A stretch of DNA of 38,069 bases from a virus (IMGVR_UViG_3300028629_000024:1-38069), one strand, 5' to 3'. Shown: positions 19,063 to 29,137, counted from the first letter of the stretch. The notes: generated by a model from the sequence alone, not told the origin. A program made the numbers and translations.

Positions 19063-20475
19063 TTACCTCTTTATAAATGATAATCCAGTATTTATAGCAT
19101 TTGTCATTGCAGTTGATGCAGATGTAGACATTTCTTTTAGTTTTTGTTGTGTATTTGCAGCATAAGTTGTAGCAGTTTTAATTCCTTCCTCAAATCTTTC
19201 AGATGCTGTTTTTTCTGCAAGTTCTCCTGTAGTAGTTGTACCACCTGCATCTATAGCAATTTCATCCATACTTCTACTTCTCAAATCAGATGTTGGTGGA
19301 GCAACAGGAAGTTTTCCCTCAGATTCATCAATTATATCTTCTTCAATAATTGACTCATGTAAATCAATTCTTTCAGTATCTGTTTCATATGGATCTTCTG
19401 CTGTAGGAGGAATAGTTTTAGATATAGTTGAAGTTAATTGTATTTCTGGAATTATACCAGATCTATCACTAAATTCGTAAACTGGAGCAAGAGTTTCTTC
19501 ACCTCTCAAAGTTTCCAAATAAGATTTTAATGTTGGTCTATCTAAATCATCTTTTCCCCCAGCAATCAAACTACTATATAAATTCACAAAATCAATTCTA
19601 ACATCTACTTGACTCAGTCTCTGATTCCAAGCAATTTGATTCTGATCTCCACCCTTTGAAACAGAAATATTTGTGATTGCACCTGCCTTAATATCAAATA
19701 ATCCTTTACATGTTATTCTATGGAAATATGGCCAATAGTATGTTTCACCAGATTCATCAGATTGTGGCAATGCTAATAACATCATTAGCGCTAGTGGACC
19801 AATAATATACTGATTAGTTACATCTAAACTTCCTGGTTTAGGATTAAATAATTTTATATTAATTGAATAAGAAGAGTTAAAAACACTATTTTTCCAGATC
19901 ATTGGAAAATCAACTCTTTGCCCTCCTAACATTTTACTAACTAATCCCGCACCTCCAGCACCAGCACCTTGCATTCCACCAGCTTGTTTGTTTTTATTTA
20001 CCCAACTTTCTAATTCTCCAGCTTTTGTAGTTAACATTCCTCCAACTGTTGCACCAATACCACCAAATTCTGTAAGACCCCTTCCTATCTTTTTAGCAGC
20101 TTCCATTGCATTATTTGTATTGGTCATTTGCATTAACTCACCAACACCTTCAGATGCAACATCTGCCATTTTATTTAAGAATGTTTCTCCATATTCATTA
20201 GAGAATGAATCAGTTGGAAAACTTTCAGCTTGAAAAGCTAATCTAATTGGATTTGGAGCTGAAAATCCAAATTCAGCTAATTTTGCATCAAAGTTATCTT
20301 CTGTCTTTGCAGCATTTCTAGCAGATTCTAGAGAGTATATATTTATTGGACTTTTTCCACTGGATGGAATACATGGTATAATTTCTAACACAGGCATTGT
20401 ATTTCTTTTTAAATTATTTCCAGGAGCAAGACTTCCATCTGGAGGTAATCCAATAACATCTAGAAGTTTAATCAT
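19063..20475 (-). CDS. putative tail/baseplate junction protein
   Basis: Follows the tape measure gene; beta-rich segments (GAITNISVSKG, VDVRIDF) suggest a tube-fold relative. Confidence 0.5.
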   Translation of the reverse strand: MIKLLDVIGLPPDGSLAPGNNLKRNTMPVLEIIPCIPSSGKSPINIYSLESARNAAKTEDNFDAKLAEFGFSAPNPIRLAFQAESFPTDSFSNEYGETFLNKMADVASEGVGELMQMTNTNNAMEAAKKIGRGLTEFGGIGATVGGMLTTKAGELESWVNKNKQAGGMQGAGAGGAGLVSKMLGGQRVDFPMIWKNSVFNSSYSINIKLFNPKPGSLDVTNQYIIGPLALMMLLALPQSDESGETYYWPYFHRITCKGLFDIKAGAITNISVSKGGDQNQIAWNQRLSQVDVRIDFVNLYSSLIAGGKDDLDRPTLKSYLETLRGEETLAPVYEFSDRSGIIPEIQLTSTISKTIPPTAEDPYETDTERIDLHESIIEEDIIDESEGKLPVAPPTSDLRSRSMDEIAIDAGGTTTTGELAEKTASERFEEGIKTATTYAANTQQKLKEMSTSASTAMTNAINTGLSFIKR

Positions 20476-20488
20476 TTAGATATCTCCA

Positions 20489-23400
20489 TTAACCAAAGTT
20501 TCCAGTAAGAATATTTTGTAACATTGGATCTGTTTGACCTGTACTTGATCCACCACCTTGTTTATTACTAACTGCATTTTGAACAGCATTAGAAATTACA
20601 TTTGTCATATTAACAAGAACTGTACTCGTTTCTCGTCCAAATCCACTTAGAGCACCCCTCAATGCTGCAGAATTAGCTCCAACTGTACTTGCTAACATAT
20701 CTGCTCCAGCAAATGCATCACCGACTTGCATTCTTGCAATATCTTTTTGAGACATTTTAACAGCTGGCCATGCATCTCCAATTTGAGCTCCTTTAGCAAG
20801 CTCAAGATGCCACCCTTCTGTTTTTCTTCCTGGACCCCCTCCCCATGGTGGGTACATTGGTCTATAGAATCCATATTTCTCCATTAAACCAGATGCATAG
20901 AGTTGATTTGCTTGCGCAGTATCAATATCCATTGCCATTCCTTTCTCGTGCCTTGAACGACCTGGGGGTGCAGCAAGGTGAGGTTTCATGGCATACAGTC
21001 TTGCTTGCTCTTCTGAAGATCTAAATGCATCTGTAACAGTAATTTTCTTTCCTGTTTGATCCATATATTCTTTTGCCATTCCAGCAAATCTAGATGCAAA
21101 CTCAGGATTCATTCCTTCAAGATGAACACCTTTACCAGCTCTCTGAACAACAGCATCTGTTAATGATGCAGTTCCTCCAGCCAAGAATTGGGCTGCATGT
21201 TGAACTAAAGCTTTATTTGAATCTTCTATAACAGCTTGAGCTTTAGTTGGTGTTACTGCTGGTGTAAATAATGATGGGGCTGCTCCAGCAACAGTTGTTG
21301 CAGTACCTGCAATTCCACCAATTCCTGCCATAGTTTTCTTATCTTCCATTTCTTCTTTAACTATTTTTCCAACAACACTATATCCTTCAAGAATAGCATT
21401 TCGGATCATTAAAGCATCTTCAGTACTTGCACCTAGGGCAGAAACTCTAGCTGCTGTTCTTGGATATGCATCTCCAGCCATTGGAATTGCTTCTCCAGTT
21501 CCTGCTGCGCCATACGACTCTGGACTATATTCTCTTCCAGCAGTAGATGAAATCATTGCTGAAATCCAACCAAATAATCCTTTTTCTGCAATCTCTTTTC
21601 TTTGTTCTTTTAACCAATCAACTGCTTTACCAAAGATAGAAGCAACCATATCACAGAAATCCATTATAAGATTTACAACTGGATTTATAGCTTTTGCTAT
21701 TCTCTCACCACCAATAAATCCAAGAATTGCTCCAATAGCACCACCAATTGCTGCTCCCTTTGGTCCAGCAATTGAGAATCCAAATCCTATTCCCTTTATT
21801 GCTCCATGCATTAATCCTTCAAATCCACTTTTAGTTCCTCCCAGAAATGCACCAATTCCAGATGATATATCTTCAGATTTTCCCGCTCCTTCTCCAAACC
21901 ACTCCTTACTTTTTGACAACCCTTCCAACATATCAATTATTCCAGTTATTGCACCAGCTGCAGCTCCACCAAGTCTTCCAATTTTTCCTAAAAATTTTAG
22001 ACCACCAAGATGCTTAAATAATTGAGCAAATAAGCTTACTCCTTTTCCTATTGTTGAGACAAGACCACTAATAGCTGGCATAACAAACAATAAAACTACA
22101 TCTTTAATTGCACCAGTAACGTCTTTAATAGTTTTAAAACCAGTTTTTAAAATTACTGGTATTGATTTTAATGTATACCATGCTGCCTTAAATGGAAATG
22201 TTGCAATTGCTTTAGTCCATTGCCACATAGATTTAGCAATAGATTTTGTAGTATTTGCAATAGAATCTATTTTTTCTTTCATTTCCGCAGTTAGTTCAGC
22301 AGGTGTCTTTCTATACCTTGTAATTGCTGCTTTGAATTTCTCTCCTTTCTCTCGTATTACGTCTCTAAAATTAACAGCTTTTGATTGCATTAACTTTGCT
22401 TTTGCTGAACCAACAGCTTCTGAAATCATTGCATATGCTTCTTGTGGAGAACTTGCAAATCTCAATATATTTGATATGATACTCCTACTTTTTTCTTTAG
22501 TATCTTCTTTAACTTTTCCACCCTTTCCCTTACCAAAAAATTTTCCAACCATTGGAATCTTACTTGCCATATCAGAAATTCTATCTCTTAAGATTCTTCC
22601 CGTCTCTTTAGCTGCTTCTTTTATCCCCTCAGATTTATATTTAATCCATATGGAAGAAACTTTTAGATCATCTGCTTTCGTAGTTGGATTCGCCATACTG
22701 GGAATAGTTGGTTCAGCTCCGGTAAGACCCTTAATTAAAGTTGCTAAGTGATGAATAATAACATCTAATTTGTACATTCCATGTGTAAATATCAATCCTA
22801 GAATAGAAGTTACACTACCCAAACTTGCTGAACCTTCTGGAAGAAGCTTTCTATATTTTCCTCTTGCTTTTGTAAAAAATGTTCTAACTGTAGACAAAAT
22901 TTTTTGTGTTGCTAAGTATCCCCTGACCAATGGAATATCCATAAAAGCTTTTGTCAATCTCTGCCCAAACTCGCTTTTTGCTCCAGTAAGACCATATCTC
23001 AACAATCTTAATTCATCTATTATTCTTTTATTATCTTCTTTTGCCATTGCAAAAGAGTCTCTCAAAGTTTTCAAAAATTTATCAACAGGAATAACAACTT
23101 CTGCAGCATGTAATCTTGCAATACCCCCCTTTTCAACATATCCACCAGCTTGAAGTGCAGGAATCTTTCTGGGTCTTTCTTTTATTTCTCTTATTCTCTC
23201 TCTTCCTCTTTTTCCAAATCCAAAAAAGTCTTTTATACCTTCTACCATTCTTGAAAACATTATTTTAAATCTATCAGAAACAGATGAGAATACATCGTGA
23301 AATTTACTTCTTACTTTTTCTGCCATGTTTTTAAACACAGCTGTTTCAAAAAACTTAGATGTAAAATAACCAAGAATAGGAGAAGACTTTGCAATTGCCA

Positions 23401-23797
23401 TTGCTACAACATTTTGTTTATTAATACTTATGTCAGAACTTATAGCTTCACCATATTGTTGTACTGCTTCTTTTGTGGCCCTTGCAGTTTCTACTGTAAT
23501 CTTTTTTACACCTTGAGATAGATTATCTACAACATATCCAAGTTTCTTTAAAATTTCATTCACTGAGTTAGTTATCTCTTTTACATCTTTACTTTCAGCT
23601 AATGGGGTTCTCTTATTCTTTCCCAAATTCTTTTGTTCTTCTAATTGTTTAACCATTAACGTATTAATATTTCTAGACATTTGCTGTTGTTTTTTTGCCG
23701 ATTCACTCGCATTCTTCATAATTTTGGACATGGAATTGATTTGATTTGCTCTATCTATTTTAGGTGGTCCAGTTGGTGGTTTATCCTTAGGTGCCAT
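20489..23797 (-). CDS. tape measure protein with C-terminal M15-family (VanY-like) peptidase
   Basis: Long helical Gly/Ala-rich protein; PALQAGG..LHAAEVVIP motif; TDAFRSSEEQARLY..PPGRSRHEKGMAMDI..EGWHLE. Confidence 0.8.
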   Translation of the reverse strand: MAPKDKPPTGPPKIDRANQINSMSKIMKNASESAKKQQQMSRNINTLMVKQLEEQKNLGKNKRTPLAESKDVKEITNSVNEILKKLGYVVDNLSQGVKKITVETARATKEAVQQYGEAISSDISINKQNVVAMAIAKSSPILGYFTSKFFETAVFKNMAEKVRSKFHDVFSSVSDRFKIMFSRMVEGIKDFFGFGKRGRERIREIKERPRKIPALQAGGYVEKGGIARLHAAEVVIPVDKFLKTLRDSFAMAKEDNKRIIDELRLLRYGLTGAKSEFGQRLTKAFMDIPLVRGYLATQKILSTVRTFFTKARGKYRKLLPEGSASLGSVTSILGLIFTHGMYKLDVIIHHLATLIKGLTGAEPTIPSMANPTTKADDLKVSSIWIKYKSEGIKEAAKETGRILRDRISDMASKIPMVGKFFGKGKGGKVKEDTKEKSRSIISNILRFASSPQEAYAMISEAVGSAKAKLMQSKAVNFRDVIREKGEKFKAAITRYRKTPAELTAEMKEKIDSIANTTKSIAKSMWQWTKAIATFPFKAAWYTLKSIPVILKTGFKTIKDVTGAIKDVVLLFVMPAISGLVSTIGKGVSLFAQLFKHLGGLKFLGKIGRLGGAAAGAITGIIDMLEGLSKSKEWFGEGAGKSEDISSGIGAFLGGTKSGFEGLMHGAIKGIGFGFSIAGPKGAAIGGAIGAILGFIGGERIAKAINPVVNLIMDFCDMVASIFGKAVDWLKEQRKEIAEKGLFGWISAMISSTAGREYSPESYGAAGTGEAIPMAGDAYPRTAARVSALGASTEDALMIRNAILEGYSVVGKIVKEEMEDKKTMAGIGGIAGTATTVAGAAPSLFTPAVTPTKAQAVIEDSNKALVQHAAQFLAGGTASLTDAVVQRAGKGVHLEGMNPEFASRFAGMAKEYMDQTGKKITVTDAFRSSEEQARLYAMKPHLAAPPGRSRHEKGMAMDIDTAQANQLYASGLMEKYGFYRPMYPPWGGGPGRKTEGWHLELAKGAQIGDAWPAVKMSQKDIARMQVGDAFAGADMLASTVGANSAALRGALSGFGRETSTVLVNMTNVISNAVQNAVSNKQGGGSSTGQTDPMLQNILTGNFG

Positions 23798-23813
23798 TTA
23801 TTACACATCTCCA

Positions 23814-24035
23814 TTAATCGTTGTTTATTTCCTTTCCTGTTGATAAATTCTTAACTGAGTCTAAATAATTCGTATTTTCATCTTCGGGTTTAGCTTTATC
23901 AGAAATTCCCCTTATTTTATCAACAACATTAAACTCATCTGCCGCAGACGAAGCAGCCATAATTCCATCATCAATTCTCTGTTCTAAATAGATTTTATCT
24001 AATATCTCACTTATTTTTTGAAGAATATTACTCAT
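23814..24035 (-). CDS. small hypothetical protein (YLEQ leader-like)
   Basis: TAATG coupling; ILDKIYLEQ. Confidence 0.6.
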   Translation of the reverse strand: MSNILQKISEILDKIYLEQRIDDGIMAASSAADEFNVVDKIRGISDKAKPEDENTNYLDSVKNLSTGKEINND

Positions 24036-24829
24036 TATAGTGTTGGTTTTCCTTGTGCAATTCTAATTTGCTTTTCAAACTTATCCTTACAAAGTCTAGG
24101 ATTTTTGGTTCTTCCACACTTAGTCATAGCATATTTTAGAGCCTGAACCTGTTCTCTCCTTGCAGTAACAGGATCTTTCCCTTGCTTTCTAAGAGTTCTA
24201 TATGTTTGAGCAGCATAATAGATTGCAGCAGCAAGAAGAGTTCCAACTGCTAAATTCTTAGCTGAAAGAGTTTTAGGATTGATAAGTGGTTTCTTTCCAC
24301 CTTTGAATGACTTTTTCCAATTACTATATAACTTCTTATCAATATCAGGATTAAACTCAGCTAGAATATCTTCACAAATTCTATCAGATTCATTACATTC
24401 TTCAATTTCCTCTTCCTCTTCTGTAGTAACTTTTAACGCTGCTCCATCTTTATCCATGCGACATTCTTCAAGATCTTCCTCATCTTGCTCAAGAAGGAGA
24501 TTAGCATCAGTAAATTTATCACCATACTCTTGTATAAACATTCTAACAATAGCTTCGTTTTCAAAAATAGTTCCCATATATTTTTCCTCTCTAAGTCTTT
24601 TTTGTAATTTTTTAATCTGATTTTGTATTTTTACTTTACATAAAATATTATTACACTTAGTTATAGAAGCAGCCAATTTATTAATTCTATTTTCTATATC
24701 TTTTTCAGCTGCTGTTATAACAGGTTCAGCTACCTTTCTAATTTGTTTATTTAACTGAGCTTTTGGTCCACCAGTATGTGTTAATTCATCTTCTATTTTT
24801 CCAACATACTTTGAAATTGTATCTGGCAT
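24035..24829 (-). CDS. putative virion protein, acidic linker + hydrophobic helix + Cx8C
   Basis: LLEQ/LEE/IEE/LAE sites, LAVGTLLAAAIYYAAQTYR, KCGRTKNPRLC. Confidence 0.7.
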   Translation of the reverse strand: MPDTISKYVGKIEDELTHTGGPKAQLNKQIRKVAEPVITAAEKDIENRINKLAASITKCNNILCKVKIQNQIKKLQKRLREEKYMGTIFENEAIVRMFIQEYGDKFTDANLLLEQDEEDLEECRMDKDGAALKVTTEEEEEIEECNESDRICEDILAEFNPDIDKKLYSNWKKSFKGGKKPLINPKTLSAKNLAVGTLLAAAIYYAAQTYRTLRKQGKDPVTARREQVQALKYAMTKCGRTKNPRLCKDKFEKQIRIAQGKPTL

Positions 24830-24830
24830 T

Positions 24831-25730
24831 TTACATTCCTCTAACTAAGGTTTTAATTGCACTATAAACCTTTGTGTTAGTCTTAGTTTCTGAATAAATA
24901 CATATAGTTTCTGAAACAGTGATTAGTTCTTGAATGCATAAATTATCAGTAACTCGTATTCCATATGTAGTTTTATATGCAGTATAAATTGGTTTTATAA
25001 TATGAATAAATCTCTTAAAGTTATTTTTAAATGCTGTCATACTAGTCAAGAAAACTTTTATCAAAGAACAATACTCAACGAGAGTTTTTTCAAATAGTTC
25101 TTTTTTCATTTCTGTATGATCTTTAAATGTTTCATGTAGAATACTATAGTAATTATTAATATCTTTCATTGAATATCTAGATGAAAACTCAAGTGAATAT
25201 ATAAACTGAACAATTGGAAATACATCAACTTTGTCTTTTAGTTTAAAAATATCCTTAAAATAGTTATAGTAAAATGGTTCTAGTTCTGATCTAAAAATAT
25301 TGACAAAATCTGTATTTCTTCCAGCAATCATATGCATAAGTTCATGAATTGTATATTTTGCTAATGCCAATCTTGAGTTAGATTCAAAATAATTGTTATT
25401 ATTATTTGTAACTATATAAATCTTTTTAGACTCATGTGTATAAAAACCTAAAATTCCATGTAAAGCAATTAACTCATGATTTGGATTAATAGTTTTATGA
25501 ACTATATATGATAGTAAACTCTTATTTACTAAACACGGAACTATCAATCCTCTATTTACTAGATGAGTAATTTCAGTAATTATCGGTCTTGTTTTTGGTG
25601 ATTCAGCTAATGCTGTCAAAAACTGTTTCTTCAAAAATGGAGCTGAATATAATTTTTCTCCATTGAGTTCTGCTACAACTCTAGAAACTATGGGTACTGG
25701 AGCTGCCATAAACTCGTTAATTTTTTTCAT
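24831..25730 (-). CDS. putative zinc metallopeptidase (HExxH)
   Basis: ILGFY...IYIV...TIHELMHMIA. Confidence 0.6.
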   Translation of the reverse strand: MKKINEFMAAPVPIVSRVVAELNGEKLYSAPFLKKQFLTALAESPKTRPIITEITHLVNRGLIVPCLVNKSLLSYIVHKTINPNHELIALHGILGFYTHESKKIYIVTNNNNNYFESNSRLALAKYTIHELMHMIAGRNTDFVNIFRSELEPFYYNYFKDIFKLKDKVDVFPIVQFIYSLEFSSRYSMKDINNYYSILHETFKDHTEMKKELFEKTLVEYCSLIKVFLTSMTAFKNNFKRFIHIIKPIYTAYKTTYGIRVTDNLCIQELITVSETICIYSETKTNTKVYSAIKTLVRGM

Positions 25731-25732
25731 AT

Positions 25733-27415
25733 TTATCCTCTATACATCCCAAGAATATCTGCAAATCCCTTTACATCCCCTTCTTCAATTTTCTTTCTTA
25801 TATCTTTTATTACTTGAGAATTTTGTGGTAAGTGATCATCTTTTCTTACATGTTTATTATCAGTATTCATATTCATAATGTCAGATAAGAAATTACCTGC
25901 TTCAGATCCTTGTAGATTTATTGCTAATGGTGGATCCCACTTTCTAACATAAAATGCAAGAGCAGAAGAAAGAGCTATATCGTCAGTACAACCAATGTCA
26001 GCTTCAACTTTTCCGTTTGGTTTACTAACTAAACCAACTAATTCAAGGGCTAATCTTCTAGATTTAACCATTTCTGGGAACTGTGTTACATATGAATACA
26101 GAGCATCAATCATCAATGGTCTTGTTTTTACGTTTGTGTTTAGACCTGGTGTTACTCGGTCTCCAATCTTTTGTTTGTATAACATGTTAGAATATTCACT
26201 ATTATTAACATGTTCAACAACTTGGTTTCCATATGAGTTATTTTCAACTACAATGCATGCATTTGGATAGTTTCCACAAACATACATTACAACCTTAATG
26301 AAATCAAGAACTTGACATTTTCCTTGATATTCCCATACTTGCTCAAGAGTTTCAAAATCCCAAACTGAGATGGCGGACTTATCCTCTCCATGTTCAGGGG
26401 CAGTATCTATACCAATAATATAAAATTTTCCCGGTTCTTGATCTTTAAATTTCCAAATTTCTCCATTAAATAGTTTAAATACTTCTCGTGGTTCAGTAAC
26501 AAGTTCTTGTAAAACCATACATGTTTTTTCGTCGAAGAATGATCCACTAGTTGGTAAGAACTTCAGTTCAAGCTCTTGTTGAATCTTCCTTGGATCATTA
26601 TCAAACATGCGGCATTGATTACTATACCATTCAGGATCACTTGCCAATTCCTGAACTTGTTTCCAGTGAATAATAAATGGTTTAAAAATATCTGATCCTG
26701 AACAAGCAGACATATACTTAGAGTAAAACCATTTACCTGTTCCAACTGTTTTATTTGGAGTAGAAAGAATAATAGTACCATGAGGAATTCCTCTTCTTCT
26801 TGCATGCCTTTGGCTAGTTGCAAGAGCTGGTACCATACTAGTCCATGCATCTTCAACATACTCAATAAATGCAGCTTCGTCGATAATAAGGAAAGTAATA
26901 GCCTTACCACGAAGAGTTTTTGATGGAGCTTTTGGGTTTACTGTAGCTGCAAATACTTTTGATCCATTTGTCAAAATGAATGACTGCTCAGTATATTTAT
27001 CGAATCCTGGACCACTTGCTCCCTTCTTTGGTTTCATCCAAGAAGGTAATTTTTCAATCATTCCCCTGATTGAACGAGCGAAGTCTGTTGCTTCTTTTCC
27101 ATCCTTTGAAATAATACCAATAACAACGTTATCATAAAAGTTAGTTAACCAAGCACAGTATGCTTGAAGAACAGTTGAAATACCAATCTGTCTTGATTTC
27201 AATACTAAAACATTCTTTTGCTTTTGGATAAGTTCACATAATTCTTTCTGTTTTTTATATGGGTGAAGCAACATATCTCCACCGGGAAGTTCAATATAAA
27301 TATAGTTATTACAAAAATAGTCAAAGTCGTTTTTGCACTTTAAGAACTCTTGAACTTTCTCTTCTGCAAGATCCTTAGCTTTTTGAATGTTTGGATTGAG
27401 AGATTGAGTTTGCAA
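25733..27415 (-). CDS. terL: terminase large subunit (T4 gp17-like)
   Basis: LKSRQIGIST (Walker A), FLIIDEAAF (Walker B), LSTPN, GIDTA, VENNSYG, DDIALS; TTG start with GGAG RBS. Confidence 0.95.
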   Translation of the reverse strand: MQTQSLNPNIQKAKDLAEEKVQEFLKCKNDFDYFCNNYIYIELPGGDMLLHPYKKQKELCELIQKQKNVLVLKSRQIGISTVLQAYCAWLTNFYDNVVIGIISKDGKEATDFARSIRGMIEKLPSWMKPKKGASGPGFDKYTEQSFILTNGSKVFAATVNPKAPSKTLRGKAITFLIIDEAAFIEYVEDAWTSMVPALATSQRHARRRGIPHGTIILSTPNKTVGTGKWFYSKYMSACSGSDIFKPFIIHWKQVQELASDPEWYSNQCRMFDNDPRKIQQELELKFLPTSGSFFDEKTCMVLQELVTEPREVFKLFNGEIWKFKDQEPGKFYIIGIDTAPEHGEDKSAISVWDFETLEQVWEYQGKCQVLDFIKVVMYVCGNYPNACIVVENNSYGNQVVEHVNNSEYSNMLYKQKIGDRVTPGLNTNVKTRPLMIDALYSYVTQFPEMVKSRRLALELVGLVSKPNGKVEADIGCTDDIALSSALAFYVRKWDPPLAINLQGSEAGNFLSDIMNMNTDNKHVRKDDHLPQNSQVIKDIRKKIEEGDVKGFADILGMYRG

Positions 27416-27439
27416 TTATGTATACTCCATACGCAACTT

Positions 27440-27455
27440 ATTTATAATTTGTTCT
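27440..27455 (-). promoter_or_regulatory. candidate late promoter (copy 2) for terL
   Basis: AGAACAAATTATAAAT(A), 24 nt upstream of the terL start. Confidence 0.8.
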
Positions 27456-27465
27456 TAGAAACTAT

Positions 27466-28164
27466 CTAAATGTGGTTATTAAAATATGTTTTTACAGATT
27501 TTGAAACAGCATCTGATATTGTTTCTATTATAAAGTCAGATCTCAAAGCTAATTCATCACTTCTGTTTACAATAATACCACATTCAATTAAAATACTTGG
27601 AATATCTGTTTTTAAAACAACTAAATCGTCATATCTATAAATACCAAGTTCCTTATTTAAAAATTCTCTATTTTCTCCTTGTATTGGTTCATTGTGATGA
27701 TATGTTGGATAGAGTCCTTTTTTAGAAAAGTTTTCACCAACCAAAGTAGCAAACCTTAAACTATTCTTAAATTTTTCATTCTTCTTAGATACAAATATAG
27801 AATATCCACTAAACTTATCAGAGTATAAATATTCTTTTCCATTGTATATCCATTTTGATAAATATTTCTCTTGAACTGAATCATGGTGAATAGAAATAAC
27901 TAAATCTGGATTCATTCTTTTTATTTCTGCAACTCTTTCATTTAGGGGCAAATTTACAGCTAAATAAACATCATAGTTCATATTAGCTAGTTTTTGCCCT
28001 ATTGCTTTTGCAGTTAAAAGATTAAAAAGGATTTCTGGATTTCCTCTAGCACTTATAACACCAGGTTTATCAACTGTATGACCAGCATCAATTACGATGG
28101 TCTCAGCAAAAGAAGAAGTTACTAAACAAAATAATATCAGTAAAGATAAAAATATTTTTTTCAT
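27466..28164 (-). CDS. N-acetylmuramoyl-L-alanine amidase (Amidase_3) with signal peptide
   Basis: IDAGH, E, L.ER, SIHHD, LIECG; N-terminus MKKIFLSLLILFCLVTSSFA. Confidence 0.9.
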   Translation of the reverse strand: MKKIFLSLLILFCLVTSSFAETIVIDAGHTVDKPGVISARGNPEILFNLLTAKAIGQKLANMNYDVYLAVNLPLNERVAEIKRMNPDLVISIHHDSVQEKYLSKWIYNGKEYLYSDKFSGYSIFVSKKNEKFKNSLRFATLVGENFSKKGLYPTYHHNEPIQGENREFLNKELGIYRYDDLVVLKTDIPSILIECGIIVNRSDELALRSDFIIETISDAVSKSVKTYFNNHI

Positions 28165-28180
28165 AAGTTCACCAACTATT

Positions 28181-29137
28181 TTAGATTCTGACTCTTTTAG
28201 CTATTGACTTAATAAAACGAGAAGCTCTTTGCAATGTAGTTTTTTCTACTCTTGGTTTTGCAAGAGCAGACAACAGTTCTTGTGTGGAAGATTGAATTTG
28301 TTTATTATTAGGATATTTATATGATAGTTTCTTTAGTGCAGAAATTGTACCGGATCTAATTTTATTTAATAATTTTGGATCAGATTTAACTTCTGGCATA
28401 CTCAGTATCTGTGGAATTTTTTCTTTCATTGTTCCTAGTGTTTGTTTTACTGATCTTTTCTCTATTTTTCTTAGTTTTCTTGCTTTTTCGTATGGTTTAG
28501 CTAGATGGTATTCATATTCTCTTCCTTTTATAAATTTCTCTTTTTGATCTCCCCCATAAACTTTACTTGTGTATGACATATATTTTCTTTCTTTATTTAA
28601 AACAGACGGACTTCCGTGTGTTCCACCAACAGACTTTTGTAAATCTCCTTGCGCAATTACACCATATTTTTTCATAGATTTTGATGTTGCTCGTGCTTCG
28701 TCCGCTTCATGTCTTTTAATATATGGTTTTATCTTTAAATAATCCCCCCATGTTTTTATACCATATTGAGTTTTTAGAATAGATGGAAGATTTGCTGGGG
28801 CATTTAAATCTACATTTTTTGGTACTTCTGGTAAATGAATTCCCCTTAAATTTTTATCTAATAAGTATCCAGATGCTGTTACTGGTCCATGAATCTTTTG
28901 TAGTTCAGTACCCTTTCTTATTGGCATATTACTTTTTCTTCTTAATATTTTTGTACCATGTTCAAACCCTTTAAGATATTTTTTCTCTGGTTTCACTATT
29001 CCTGATTTTTTCAATCTTTCAATTTGTTCTGGAGATAATTTTCCAGAAGCAACCATTTGCTTCCATTTGCTTTTTTGTTCATCAATATCTTTAAATGTTT
29101 CATCTAGATATTCTAGATACTGTTCTAAAAGGTTCAT
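28181..29137 (-). CDS. basic putative internal virion protein, HEADE paralog A
   Basis: YLEYLDE leader; IKRHEADEAR shared with 30167-31204. Confidence 0.7.
   Translation of the reverse strand: MNLLEQYLEYLDETFKDIDEQKSKWKQMVASGKLSPEQIERLKKSGIVKPEKKYLKGFEHGTKILRRKSNMPIRKGTELQKIHGPVTASGYLLDKNLRGIHLPEVPKNVDLNAPANLPSILKTQYGIKTWGDYLKIKPYIKRHEADEARATSKSMKKYGVIAQGDLQKSVGGTHGSPSVLNKERKYMSYTSKVYGGDQKEKFIKGREYEYHLAKPYEKARKLRKIEKRSVKQTLGTMKEKIPQILSMPEVKSDPKLLNKIRSGTISALKKLSYKYPNNKQIQSSTQELLSALAKPRVEKTTLQRASRFIKSIAKRVRI

Noticed and set aside
19144-26910. Short antisense or alternate-frame ORFs within the tape measure, terL and neighbouring genes
   Set aside because: Fully nested in well-supported genes and carry no motifs.
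25733-27415. Intein or intron in terL
   Set aside because: Motifs are contiguous and the length is normal.
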